Positions 26,612 through 34,984 of a DNA stretch of 36,952 bases are shown here, one piece after another. A model generated the notes under the pieces. It saw only the letters and a program-made list of their open reading frames with translations. It had not been told where the DNA came from and ran no database searches. How positions within the stretch are numbered: the first letter of the stretch is position 1; the number at the start of each line of letters is the position of its first letter. The stretch comes from a virus (Duplodnaviria; Caudoviricetes), in IMG/VR virus record IMGVR_UViG_3300032273_000075, positions 1-36,952 of that record. The stretch is one strand, 5' to 3'. The position numbers and the translations under genes are program-made.

Positions 26612-28372
26612 TTAATCTCCAAACGATACTGTCGGGGTGACATCTTCGTGAATATTGATCCCTTCTAAACTTAACAATTGCATAATGGCCATTGCTAAAT
26701 CAGCATGAGAAGTTTCTTTTGTTCGTGCGGCGGTAAAAGTCGCCTGGTGACTATTTTTAGTCGTGCTACGTTTAACCATTAAAAAGGCGTGAATAACATC
26801 GTCCCAAAGACCATCAAACTGTAAACGGCCTGCGCCAATCACTTCACGCGCTTTATAAACCATGTGTGCTTTAGTATTAATACTGTAAGGAATTAAAGTA
26901 ACGCGAGGAAAAAACACTTCAACGAGTTCTGATACGGGACCACCAATACCAGAGACATCCATCGCAATTTCAGTGACATTATATTTTTCACAAAGTGCTT
27001 TGATTTCATCTGCTTGGCCTTGGTAGCTAACGCCAGATAATCGCAATTTTTCAATTAACTTAAACGCACCACCTTTACGTTTAGGCGGCAAAGCAACAAC
27101 AACCGCCGCTTCATCGCCTACGCCTGAGGGGTCATAACCAATCCAAACAGGCAAACGGCCAACAGGTCGCGCTAACTCCATGTTCACATCAGCCCAATCA
27201 TCCGCATCAACCTTACAGGCCATCAAGCTTTTTACATTAAAAGCGGATTGCGCATCATCAAGGAATACACAACGTAATAAATTATCAAAGACTTCTTTGT
27301 CAGGGTATTTCTGGTGCAAGCGAGCCATATTAAAGAAATTAGCGCCGCCCTCGATAGCATCATCAACCGTGATCATTTGACGATAAATACCATCAGCGCC
27401 TAATGAGCCTTGTTTCAAAGTCTCATGGCTAATATCAATGTTGTGCTCTTTACTACCAGACCATTTTGAATAAGCTTCATGGCCAACACTCGATGGTGTA
27501 GAAAGATAAGTGGTTCGCCACTTATCATGCATCGACATACCGCCGGCTAAATCATCTAATTGTTTAAATTTTGGGATCCAAAAAACTTCATCAATATATA
27601 AATGACCGTTGAAGCCCTGTGCAGTACGTGCGTTTGTAGAAAGGAAGTAAAGCGTAGCGCCGTTGCTTAGGTGTATTTCATCTTTGCCTTTTAATTCAAC
27701 ATCACCAATTTCAAGCGCAAACATGCGGATATAGTTTTTAAATATTTCAGACTGTTTTTTAGACGCAGATAAAAAGACCTGGTTATCACCCGTTAACACT
27801 GCATCTTCAAACGCTTCAAAAGCAAATAAATACGTTAAACCAATTTGACGCGATTTTAGATAAAAACGCATCCAGTTAAGGGCGCGATCTTCTTTGGTTT
27901 TTAATATGTCTAACTGGTATTTAAAGAACTTGCTGTTTTTGAAGTTATCAAGCAAATCACTGGTAATACCTGATACATCATTTTTAACTTTATTATTCTT
28001 ACGGCCTTTATTCGTGCCGTCTTTTGCATTGCCACCTTTGTAAACTTTCTTCGGGTCACCCATGTGAAACTTTAAAAGAATTTCTAATTCACGTAGTTGC
28101 TTATCTGTTTTTTCATCCACCCAGGTTAAATACGCAATGCGTTGGCGTGTTACTTGTTCAGGTGGGGCATCATCACGCAACGTTTTCCAATCAAATTTAC
28201 TAATCCAACCTTGGACAGTGCGATCAGTGACTCGCACTTCTTGAGCAATTTCGTTCGTTGTTCGCTGACACAAAAAAAGCCCAAGCGCTTTGGTTTGCGC
28301 TTGAGTGTATAGAACGGGCTCTTCTGGTTTATTCGGTTTTAATTCTGGCATGTTGGCAGTATGCAATTTCAT
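26612..28372 (-). CDS. P: terminase large subunit (P2 gpP type)
   Basis: Walker A LKSRQIG, Walker B LYIDE, STPS, GYDP, HADL; true start may be ATG 28351. Confidence 0.96.
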   Translation of the reverse strand: MKLHTANMPELKPNKPEEPVLYTQAQTKALGLFLCQRTTNEIAQEVRVTDRTVQGWISKFDWKTLRDDAPPEQVTRQRIAYLTWVDEKTDKQLRELEILLKFHMGDPKKVYKGGNAKDGTNKGRKNNKVKNDVSGITSDLLDNFKNSKFFKYQLDILKTKEDRALNWMRFYLKSRQIGLTYLFAFEAFEDAVLTGDNQVFLSASKKQSEIFKNYIRMFALEIGDVELKGKDEIHLSNGATLYFLSTNARTAQGFNGHLYIDEVFWIPKFKQLDDLAGGMSMHDKWRTTYLSTPSSVGHEAYSKWSGSKEHNIDISHETLKQGSLGADGIYRQMITVDDAIEGGANFFNMARLHQKYPDKEVFDNLLRCVFLDDAQSAFNVKSLMACKVDADDWADVNMELARPVGRLPVWIGYDPSGVGDEAAVVVALPPKRKGGAFKLIEKLRLSGVSYQGQADEIKALCEKYNVTEIAMDVSGIGGPVSELVEVFFPRVTLIPYSINTKAHMVYKAREVIGAGRLQFDGLWDDVIHAFLMVKRSTTKNSHQATFTAARTKETSHADLAMAIMQLLSLEGINIHEDVTPTVSFGD

Positions 28373-28456
28373 CTTGCCGACTTCGCTACGCCCTTATTTT
28401 ATATAGCGCCCTTAAAACCAGAGCAGATACAAACAGTGCAAAAACAGCGTTAAAGT
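28358..28456. promoter_or_regulatory. divergent late promoters for P and O sharing a central palindrome
   Basis: TTTTA-N11-TAAAA at 28397-28417; rightward -10 TAAAGT at 28451 and leftward -10 CATACT at 28363-28358, each 44 nt from the centre. Confidence 0.55.
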
Positions 28457-28504
28457 AAAACTCACTTTTAAAGAGTCATTGATTAATTTTGCTAAGGGCG
28501 ACAC

Positions 28505-29311
28505 ATGTTCAAAACTGATTTTATTTGCATTTTAACAGCAGGTCACACGGTTGACGGTCGCGAAGTTTCATTAGAAACGTTACAGCAAATTGTTGAAACC
28601 TATGACCCTGAAACGTACAACGCAAGAATCAACATTGACCATAGTGAATATGGTTCAAAATTAGGTAGCGTCTTAGCCGTTAAATTAGAAGGTAATAAAT
28701 TACTAGGCCAACTTAAGCCTAATGATTATTTACTGTATCTCATTCAGCAAGGCCAATACCTACACACTTCTTGTGAAATCGTCATGAACTTTGCAAAGAC
28801 AGGCAAAGCATACCTAACAGGTTTAGCCCTAACGGATAGTCCTGCAAGTTTAGGCACAACAGAACTACACCTATCTAAAAAAGAAACGGGTACCGAGCTG
28901 TTTAATACAAACAATGGTATCGCCCCTCAAAAACCAACACTTTTAAATAAAATACTTAAGCAAAAGGATGATGAAATGGCCGATAAAGCAACCCTTGAAA
29001 TGCTAACTCAAATGCAAGCAGAAAATGCAAAACAAACTGCCGCATTAACTAAATTAGCGGAAGGTATTACGTCATTAAGTGAAAACTTAACCACTCAAAA
29101 TGAATTAGAAACTGAAGCTCCTAAGCCTAAAGAAACTGAAACCGAAGGTGAAAGTGATTTAGAAGAAAAGCTGTCTGCATTTAAAAAAGAATTAACTGAT
29201 TCATTTTCTTCGCAAATTACTACGTTAAAAGAAACGTTATCAAAAGTAACCGATGAACCTGAACGCGATGAAGCAACAGGCGGCGATTTAGAGGACGAAG
29301 AAGTCTATTAA
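28505..29311 (+). CDS. O: capsid scaffolding protein/protease gpO
   Basis: AGHTVDGR, ARINIDH, YLTGLALTDSPASLGT. Confidence 0.95.
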   Translation: MFKTDFICILTAGHTVDGREVSLETLQQIVETYDPETYNARINIDHSEYGSKLGSVLAVKLEGNKLLGQLKPNDYLLYLIQQGQYLHTSCEIVMNFAKTGKAYLTGLALTDSPASLGTTELHLSKKETGTELFNTNNGIAPQKPTLLNKILKQKDDEMADKATLEMLTQMQAENAKQTAALTKLAEGITSLSENLTTQNELETEAPKPKETETEGESDLEEKLSAFKKELTDSFSSQITTLKETLSKVTDEPERDEATGGDLEDEEVY

Positions 29312-29359
29312 AAGCTTAAGTCATTAACCACATATTTTAATTTTGTAGAGAGAATAAAC

Positions 29360-30394
29360 ATGGATAAATTTACACGTCAGCAAATAAACGCTTTAGAGCT
29401 ATCAGTTGCAACGCAGTGTGGCACTGATAACGTAAAAGAAACGTTTAGCGTATCACCTGCAGCAGCACAAAAAATAGTGGCCGCAGCACGACAAGAAAAT
29501 ACATTCTTAAGTCGCATCAACGTAATGATGGTAAAAAATCAAAGCGGTGAAGCAGTGGCCATTGATGCAACAGGCATGATTGCAGGCACAACCGATACGG
29601 ACAATCAAGACCGTGCGCCAAAAGACCCACATGTAAAAGGCGGCACACCATATAACTGTCTACAAATTAACTTTGATACGTTAATTAAATACGGGACATT
29701 AGATGCATGGGCACATGATCCTAAATTCAAAGCATTAGTCGCTGCACAAACACGTAAGCAAATTTCAACTAACCAAATTCAAATTGGTTTTTATGGTAAA
29801 TCACGCGCCGCAACATCTAACCCTGCATTAAACCCAAAAGGGCAAGATGTAGCAGTCGGTTGGCTTGAAAAACTACGTACACAAAACCCTGAAAACTGGT
29901 TAGATAGTGGTGCCACCGTAAGTGAGATTCGTATCGGTAAAGGTGGCGATTATCTAAATTTAGATGTAGCCGTGAATGACGTTAAACAAATGATTGATGT
30001 TGCATTTGAAGATGACGGCGATTTAGTCGCAATCATCGGTAGCGAATTATTAGCCGCTGAAAAAGCAAAATTCTATGCTGATAACGGTAACACACCATCA
30101 GAAAAATCGAAGATTGAAGACAAGCAAGTGATCGGAACCTATGGTGGTTTACCTGCCTATAAAGTGCCTAACTTCCCAGGTCGCGGGATCATGGTGACAT
30201 CGTTTAAGAATTTATCTATCTACATTCAAAAAGACAGCGTCCGCCGCCGTTTAGAAGACAATGCAAAACGTGACCGCTATGAAACATACCAATCACAAAA
30301 CATGGATTACGTGATTGAAGAGCTAGGCAAAGCCGCAACCGTCAACTTTGAAAACGTAAAGCTATTACAAGCAGATGGCACTACGTGGGCGTAG
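29360..30394 (+). CDS. N: major capsid protein, P2 family
   Basis: FSVSP, FLSRIN, LDAWA, QDVAVGWL, YLNLD, NLSIYIQ, YVIEE. Confidence 0.96.
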   Translation: MDKFTRQQINALELSVATQCGTDNVKETFSVSPAAAQKIVAAARQENTFLSRINVMMVKNQSGEAVAIDATGMIAGTTDTDNQDRAPKDPHVKGGTPYNCLQINFDTLIKYGTLDAWAHDPKFKALVAAQTRKQISTNQIQIGFYGKSRAATSNPALNPKGQDVAVGWLEKLRTQNPENWLDSGATVSEIRIGKGGDYLNLDVAVNDVKQMIDVAFEDDGDLVAIIGSELLAAEKAKFYADNGNTPSEKSKIEDKQVIGTYGGLPAYKVPNFPGRGIMVTSFKNLSIYIQKDSVRRRLEDNAKRDRYETYQSQNMDYVIEELGKAATVNFENVKLLQADGTTWA

Positions 30395-30509
30395 CGCTTA
30401 AAAGTTAACCCCCCAAAGGCGGCGTCTGTTTTATTAAAAGTAAGATTAAATTCAAACTGTTAATAAAACTAAGCGCTTAGCCTTTTCCCTAAAATCTTAA
30501 GGAATAACA

Positions 30510-30962
30510 ATGGTCACTCTAGTAGCTAACAAAGACGAAAGTTACAGCGGTTCATTACCTGCAACCGCGTTTTTTCCAGAAATCACAATTTCAGAGTTTC
30601 AGTCTCTTTTTCATTTTTTAGGAGATGGTAAAGAAGCGGGCATTTTGCATGCGGCAAAAGTTGAAAGAATCACTATTCACAAAGAGCTAAAAGAAATGGC
30701 AGTTCAATATGAAAACCTGACAGAACTATCTCAAGAATTATTTGGAGATGATGAATCAGCCGAAGTGCTATACAAACAAGCCGTTTTTTGCAAAACAGCC
30801 TATGCACTTATTAACAATAGAATTTCAACCGATGCAACAAAAGAAGCTGCAGATAGACAAGAGGCATTATCACAGCAAGCTAACGAACAGTTAACAAGTT
30901 ATAGAAGTGCAATGGTTCATCTACAACCTGACGTTAGCGGTTACACGTTTGAGATTGTTTAA
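30510..30962 (+). CDS. L: head completion/stabilisation protein gpL
   Basis: FFPEI..YKQAVF; position after the capsid gene. Confidence 0.8.
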   Translation: MVTLVANKDESYSGSLPATAFFPEITISEFQSLFHFLGDGKEAGILHAAKVERITIHKELKEMAVQYENLTELSQELFGDDESAEVLYKQAVFCKTAYALINNRISTDATKEAADRQEALSQQANEQLTSYRSAMVHLQPDVSGYTFEIV

Positions 30963-31435
30963 TGGAATATTTACAAAAACTAACAGATCACCTGATTAAA
31001 AACAAAGTCAGTAAAGAAAGACTAGAAGCCTGGGCAGAAGATGGTGAGCTCATTTTTAGTAGTCACAGTATTGAAGGTGGTTTTGAAATTAAATACACCT
31101 GTAACTTTGAAGTGTCAGACGTAAAACTTAAGCCGGTTCAACTGTTTTTTATCGTTTCAAGTTGGTTAGGTAAATTTAACCCAGAGCGTCAAGAGCAAGG
31201 TTTATCAAAACCTTTATTTTTCACCGAAAGGTTAGCTAATGGCCGTTATGACCTTGGGGTGAAAATCGAATTCCAAGAACAATATACGCTTGTTGAAGAT
31301 CCAAACGGAGAGTGGGAAATAGGTGGAATACGAATGAACCTAAAAAGTGATTTCTACAACTTATTTAACGAAGATGAAGCCGAAGAACTAACCCTTTTCG
31401 ATGGTCACACACAAGATAATAGCCTAGAAAAATAA
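30962..31435 (+). CDS. tail completion protein gpR-like
   Basis: LQKLTDHL..LEAWAEDG; position in the module. Confidence 0.7.
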   Translation: MEYLQKLTDHLIKNKVSKERLEAWAEDGELIFSSHSIEGGFEIKYTCNFEVSDVKLKPVQLFFIVSSWLGKFNPERQEQGLSKPLFFTERLANGRYDLGVKIEFQEQYTLVEDPNGEWEIGGIRMNLKSDFYNLFNEDEAEELTLFDGHTQDNSLEK

Positions 31436-31944
31436 TGGAAATTAAAACGCCAGAAGAGCTAATCACACTACTTGAACAAGTACCGCTCAAAGGCAAAGAG
31501 AAATTAAAACTAAATGCAGAATTAGCGAACCATACTCGCCGATTTTTTAGAGCGCAAGTAAGAGCGCAGCGAGATATTAATGGAAAAGCCTACGCACCAA
31601 GAAAGCGCCGAGTAGGAGTTGGTCAAAACGGCAAGGTACCAACAAAAAACAATATGCTACTAGGCATGAGTCGAAATTTAAAAACAGAGATATCGAGTGA
31701 TCACTTTGCAGTTGGGTTAGTTGGCCTAGAAGGTCACATTATGAAAACACACAATGAAGGTAAACCAGTTGTTTATACACGAAAAATAAACGGATGGTTT
31801 AACAGCAAAACCAGTCGATGGGAAGGAAATGCCAAAGGGCCAAAAGCCGCATACAAAATGCCTAAAAGAACCATGGTCGGTTGGACTGAAAAATTAAAAC
31901 GAGAATTAGCACAAATCATATTTAAAAACATGCAGCCGAGGTAA
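31435..31944 (+). CDS. virion morphogenesis protein gpS-like
   Basis: RAQRDING..YAPRK..H.EG..MPKRTMVG. Confidence 0.8.
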   Translation: MEIKTPEELITLLEQVPLKGKEKLKLNAELANHTRRFFRAQVRAQRDINGKAYAPRKRRVGVGQNGKVPTKNNMLLGMSRNLKTEISSDHFAVGLVGLEGHIMKTHNEGKPVVYTRKINGWFNSKTSRWEGNAKGPKAAYKMPKRTMVGWTEKLKRELAQIIFKNMQPR

Positions 31945-31947
31945 TTG

Positions 31948-32142
31948 ATGCAAACATTTAACATTAAACCAAAGGTGGCAGGTAAAACGGTACGTGACCC
32001 AATTACCTATGAGCCACTAAAAACAGATGGGGAAGAAAAACCCTGTAGCGAATATTGGCTTCGTCGAGTATTGGACGGTGCTGTTGTTAAAGTAAAAAAT
32101 GAAGTGAAAACTGAAACTAAAAAAATCGCCAAGGAGCAATAA
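31948..32142 (+). CDS. DUF2635-like (Mu gp38) small tail protein
   Basis: IKP..GKTVRDP..L..GEEKP..YWLRRV.DG.V. Confidence 0.85.
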   Translation: MQTFNIKPKVAGKTVRDPITYEPLKTDGEEKPCSEYWLRRVLDGAVVKVKNEVKTETKKIAKEQ

Positions 32143-33288
32143 ATGGTTAGTTTTAATGAAGTTCCTGTAAACGTTCGCGTACCAGGTGTTTATATTGAAA
32201 TAGACAACAGCCTAGCAAATAGCGCAGAAAATTTACAACGAGTGTTAATCGTAGGTGCAAAAGGAACAGGCGGGGATACAGCTGATAATAAAGTCGTCTT
32301 AACCATCAATCCTGAAGTGGCCGCAGAACGGTTTGGTGAAGATAGCCAGATTTTTGAAATGGTCACGTGGTTTTATAAACAAGATATCACCTTGCCAATG
32401 TATTCAGTGTCAGTGAGCGTTGAGCTTGGCGTTAGTGATGTCGCATTAGCATTAGCCGCAACAGGTGATGAACAATATCATCATATTGTGTCAGCGTGTA
32501 ATGATGAAATAAACGTACGTGCAATGGCTGATTTTTTACAAGCACGTTACCACGCCTTACAGCAAATACCGGGCATTGCATATATCGCTAAAAAAGCAAC
32601 GCATTCAGCGTCAGTTGAATACGGTTTATTGTTTAACAGCCCATTTATCGTGCCAATGTCAATTAATGCGTTAGGTGATGCGGCAGGGGATGATTTAACT
32701 GAAGCGCAATTAGTCGCGGCATGGGCAGGCGCAATTGCGCCAAGCTTAGCCATTGACCCTTGCCGACCATTAAACACATTGGCGGTTAATGGCGTTTACA
32801 GTAAATCGGATAGTGAGTGGGATTATTCAGAGCGTAACTTATTACTCTATTCGGGAATGGGAACGTACAAGGTAAACAGCGCAAAACAAGTATTTATTGA
32901 ACGTCCTATTACCACTTACAAAGAAAATGCATCCGGCTCAGCAGATGATAGTTATTTAGATGTCACCGTACCTGCAACAGCAATGTACTTCCGTGAAAAA
33001 CAACGCTCTCGCATTTTAAGCAAGTACCCACGTCATAAATTAGCTAAAGACGGTACTAAGTTTTCACCTGGTCAAGCAGTTGCAACACCTGCAATCATTA
33101 AAGGTGAATTATTAGCCCTTTATCGTGAACTTGAATTGAAAGCGATCGCGCAAGACTTTGATGGTTACAAAGCAAGTTTGATTGTTGAATTAGATGCGGA
33201 CAATAAATCTAGAATCAACATTCAAGATAGTCCGCAATTCGTTAACGGCATGCTGATTTATGCAGGAAAAATGCAATTTAGAAAATAA
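32143..33288 (+). CDS. Mu gpL-like tail sheath protein
   Basis: SFNEVPVNVRVPGVYIEIDNS, DPCRPL, ERNLLL, ERPITTY, KYPRHKLA. Confidence 0.93.
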   Translation: MVSFNEVPVNVRVPGVYIEIDNSLANSAENLQRVLIVGAKGTGGDTADNKVVLTINPEVAAERFGEDSQIFEMVTWFYKQDITLPMYSVSVSVELGVSDVALALAATGDEQYHHIVSACNDEINVRAMADFLQARYHALQQIPGIAYIAKKATHSASVEYGLLFNSPFIVPMSINALGDAAGDDLTEAQLVAAWAGAIAPSLAIDPCRPLNTLAVNGVYSKSDSEWDYSERNLLLYSGMGTYKVNSAKQVFIERPITTYKENASGSADDSYLDVTVPATAMYFREKQRSRILSKYPRHKLAKDGTKFSPGQAVATPAIIKGELLALYRELELKAIAQDFDGYKASLIVELDADNKSRINIQDSPQFVNGMLIYAGKMQFRK

Positions 33289-33339
33289 TTAAAAGGGCGG
33301 TTAGCCACCTTTTATTCATCAAATAAGTAAGGATAAGTT

Positions 33340-33702
33340 ATGGGTGTAATTACATCACGCGCAACAATCAATGCAGGCCCTTTAGGGATTTTAGCAACAA
33401 AGCCCGGAACCACTTTTAATAAGGGAAATTTAAAAAAAGATCCGGTGATGGGTGACAATGGCGTGTTAGGTCACACTGAAAAATTTGAATCAGCACCTAA
33501 CATTAAATGCACTTTGGTTGACACGATTCAAACTGACGTAACGGCATTAGAAAATTTTGTAAATGGAACCGTATTGCTAGAAACCAACAACGGGAAAAAA
33601 TACACATTAACAGATGCATGGGTAGGGAACGAGCTTGAGCTGAATACAGAGGACGGCACGTTACCAGTTGAATTTTATGGCACAGAATTAATTCCACAAT
33701 AG
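33340..33702 (+). CDS. Mu gpM-like tail tube protein
   Basis: 120 aa after the sheath; V.GHTE..P.I..TV.LET.NGK.Y.L..AW. Confidence 0.88.
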   Translation: MGVITSRATINAGPLGILATKPGTTFNKGNLKKDPVMGDNGVLGHTEKFESAPNIKCTLVDTIQTDVTALENFVNGTVLLETNNGKKYTLTDAWVGNELELNTEDGTLPVEFYGTELIPQ

Positions 33703-33710
33703 GAACAGAT

Positions 33711-34511
33711 ATGAGTCTTGCATTAGCACATAAACGCAAAGTAATTACTGAGCGTGAAAAACAACAAAAGTTAGAACAATCCTCTGAAATTGCAGTCGGG
33801 TTAAGTAAGCTTTTAACAGAAAGCCAAACCGTAAAAGGTATTGTTCCTGCTGAATTACAAAAGCTTGAAAAACAGCTCAGTAGCGATTTAGAAACACTGA
33901 AAATATTAAAAGGCGATCAACAACGTGATCCATTAAAAGCAGAAATGATTGAAAAATACCGTCCGCTTTGTGAATGGTACATAGAAAACTTTGAAGATTG
34001 GGGGCACTTGCAAAGTTTAGCGTGGTGGCTTGTATGGCAATACGACCTTGTGGCATTTGAAGAAATTGAGCCACTACTTTATCAAGGCGTAGTACATGGC
34101 TTAACACAGCCGAAAATCTTCAAAGCATCGTGGCAATCTTGGTACTGTGACGTAGTAAAAGATCATTACAGTGAACAGCTAAAAACCGAACAAAAGCCAG
34201 ATGCGACAGTAATCAACAAAGTGATCACTGATATTACAAATGGTGAAATCGTACTTAACGCCCCATTAAAAGCTAAATTATTTGCCTTGTTTGGTAAGTT
34301 GGCCGTTTTAAATAATGACCACAAAACAGCCGTGCGAGCATTTGAAAAAGCATTAAGTTTTGATGAGGCAGTAGGCGTAAAAAAAATGCTAAAAGATTGC
34401 AACACTATGTTAGCCACTCAATTATCAGAAGATGAAAGCGAAACGTTACCAGTAGACGCTGAAATCGATGAAGAAAAACAAACCGAAGCAGGTGAAAGTC
34501 ATGGCGCTTAA
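33711..34511 (+). CDS. M: terminase small subunit (P2 gpM type), displaced into the tail operon
   Basis: MSLALAHKRKV, LK..K.EMIEKY, WWLVWQYD, AKLFALFGK, ALSFDEAVGVKK. Confidence 0.8.
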   Translation: MSLALAHKRKVITEREKQQKLEQSSEIAVGLSKLLTESQTVKGIVPAELQKLEKQLSSDLETLKILKGDQQRDPLKAEMIEKYRPLCEWYIENFEDWGHLQSLAWWLVWQYDLVAFEEIEPLLYQGVVHGLTQPKIFKASWQSWYCDVVKDHYSEQLKTEQKPDATVINKVITDITNGEIVLNAPLKAKLFALFGKLAVLNNDHKTAVRAFEKALSFDEAVGVKKMLKDCNTMLATQLSEDESETLPVDAEIDEEKQTEAGESHGA

Positions 34512-34779
34512 AAAAACTGAATTAATTAAATTACCACAACCAATTGAAGTGGAAGGTGCTGAGCCAATCACACAAGTAGAAATGATAGAGCCTTATGCCG
34601 GTGAAATGCGCGGCTTAAAATTTGTGGATATTATGCAAGGTGATATGGATGCCATGGCAGTATTGATACCTCGTATTTGCCCGAAATTAACAGAGCGTCA
34701 CATGCTGAATATGTCACCAATCAATCTAACGCCGTTAATTGGTGGTGTGCTGAATTTTTTCGTGGAAAACGACTCTTAA
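34501..34779 (+). CDS. tail assembly chaperone (gpE/Mu gp41-like)
   Basis: LPQPI..EP.AGEMRGL..D..AVLIPRI; ATG 34501. Confidence 0.88.
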   Translation: MALKKTELIKLPQPIEVEGAEPITQVEMIEPYAGEMRGLKFVDIMQGDMDAMAVLIPRICPKLTERHMLNMSPINLTPLIGGVLNFFVENDS

Positions 34780-34928
34780 ATTCATTTGAATATATCGAGT
34801 CGGCCTACGCTGATTTAGCAATGATCTTCCATTGGTCACCAACTGAAATGGATAAGCTGAGCCTAGACGATTTAATGTTGTTTAGAGACGAAGCCGAAAA
34901 GCGCTCGCAACAAGAGCCAGAAGAATAA
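34755..34928 (+). CDS. gpE' -1 frameshift extension
   Basis: Slippery T-TTT-TTC at 34755-34761; -1 frame encodes ADLAMIFHWSPTEM. Confidence 0.85.
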   Translation, partial: FFRGKRLLNSFEYIESAYADLAMIFHWSPTEMDKLSLDDLMLFRDEAEKRSQQEPEE

Positions 34929-34949
34929 GGGGCTTTGTGCCCCTTTTTT
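34927..34949 (+). terminator. intrinsic terminator/attenuator before the tape measure gene
   Basis: AAGGGGC-TTTGT-GCCCCTTTTTT. Confidence 0.7.
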
Positions 34950-34984
34950 AATGCAAAAGAAAAATAACAAAATAGGCAATCAAC

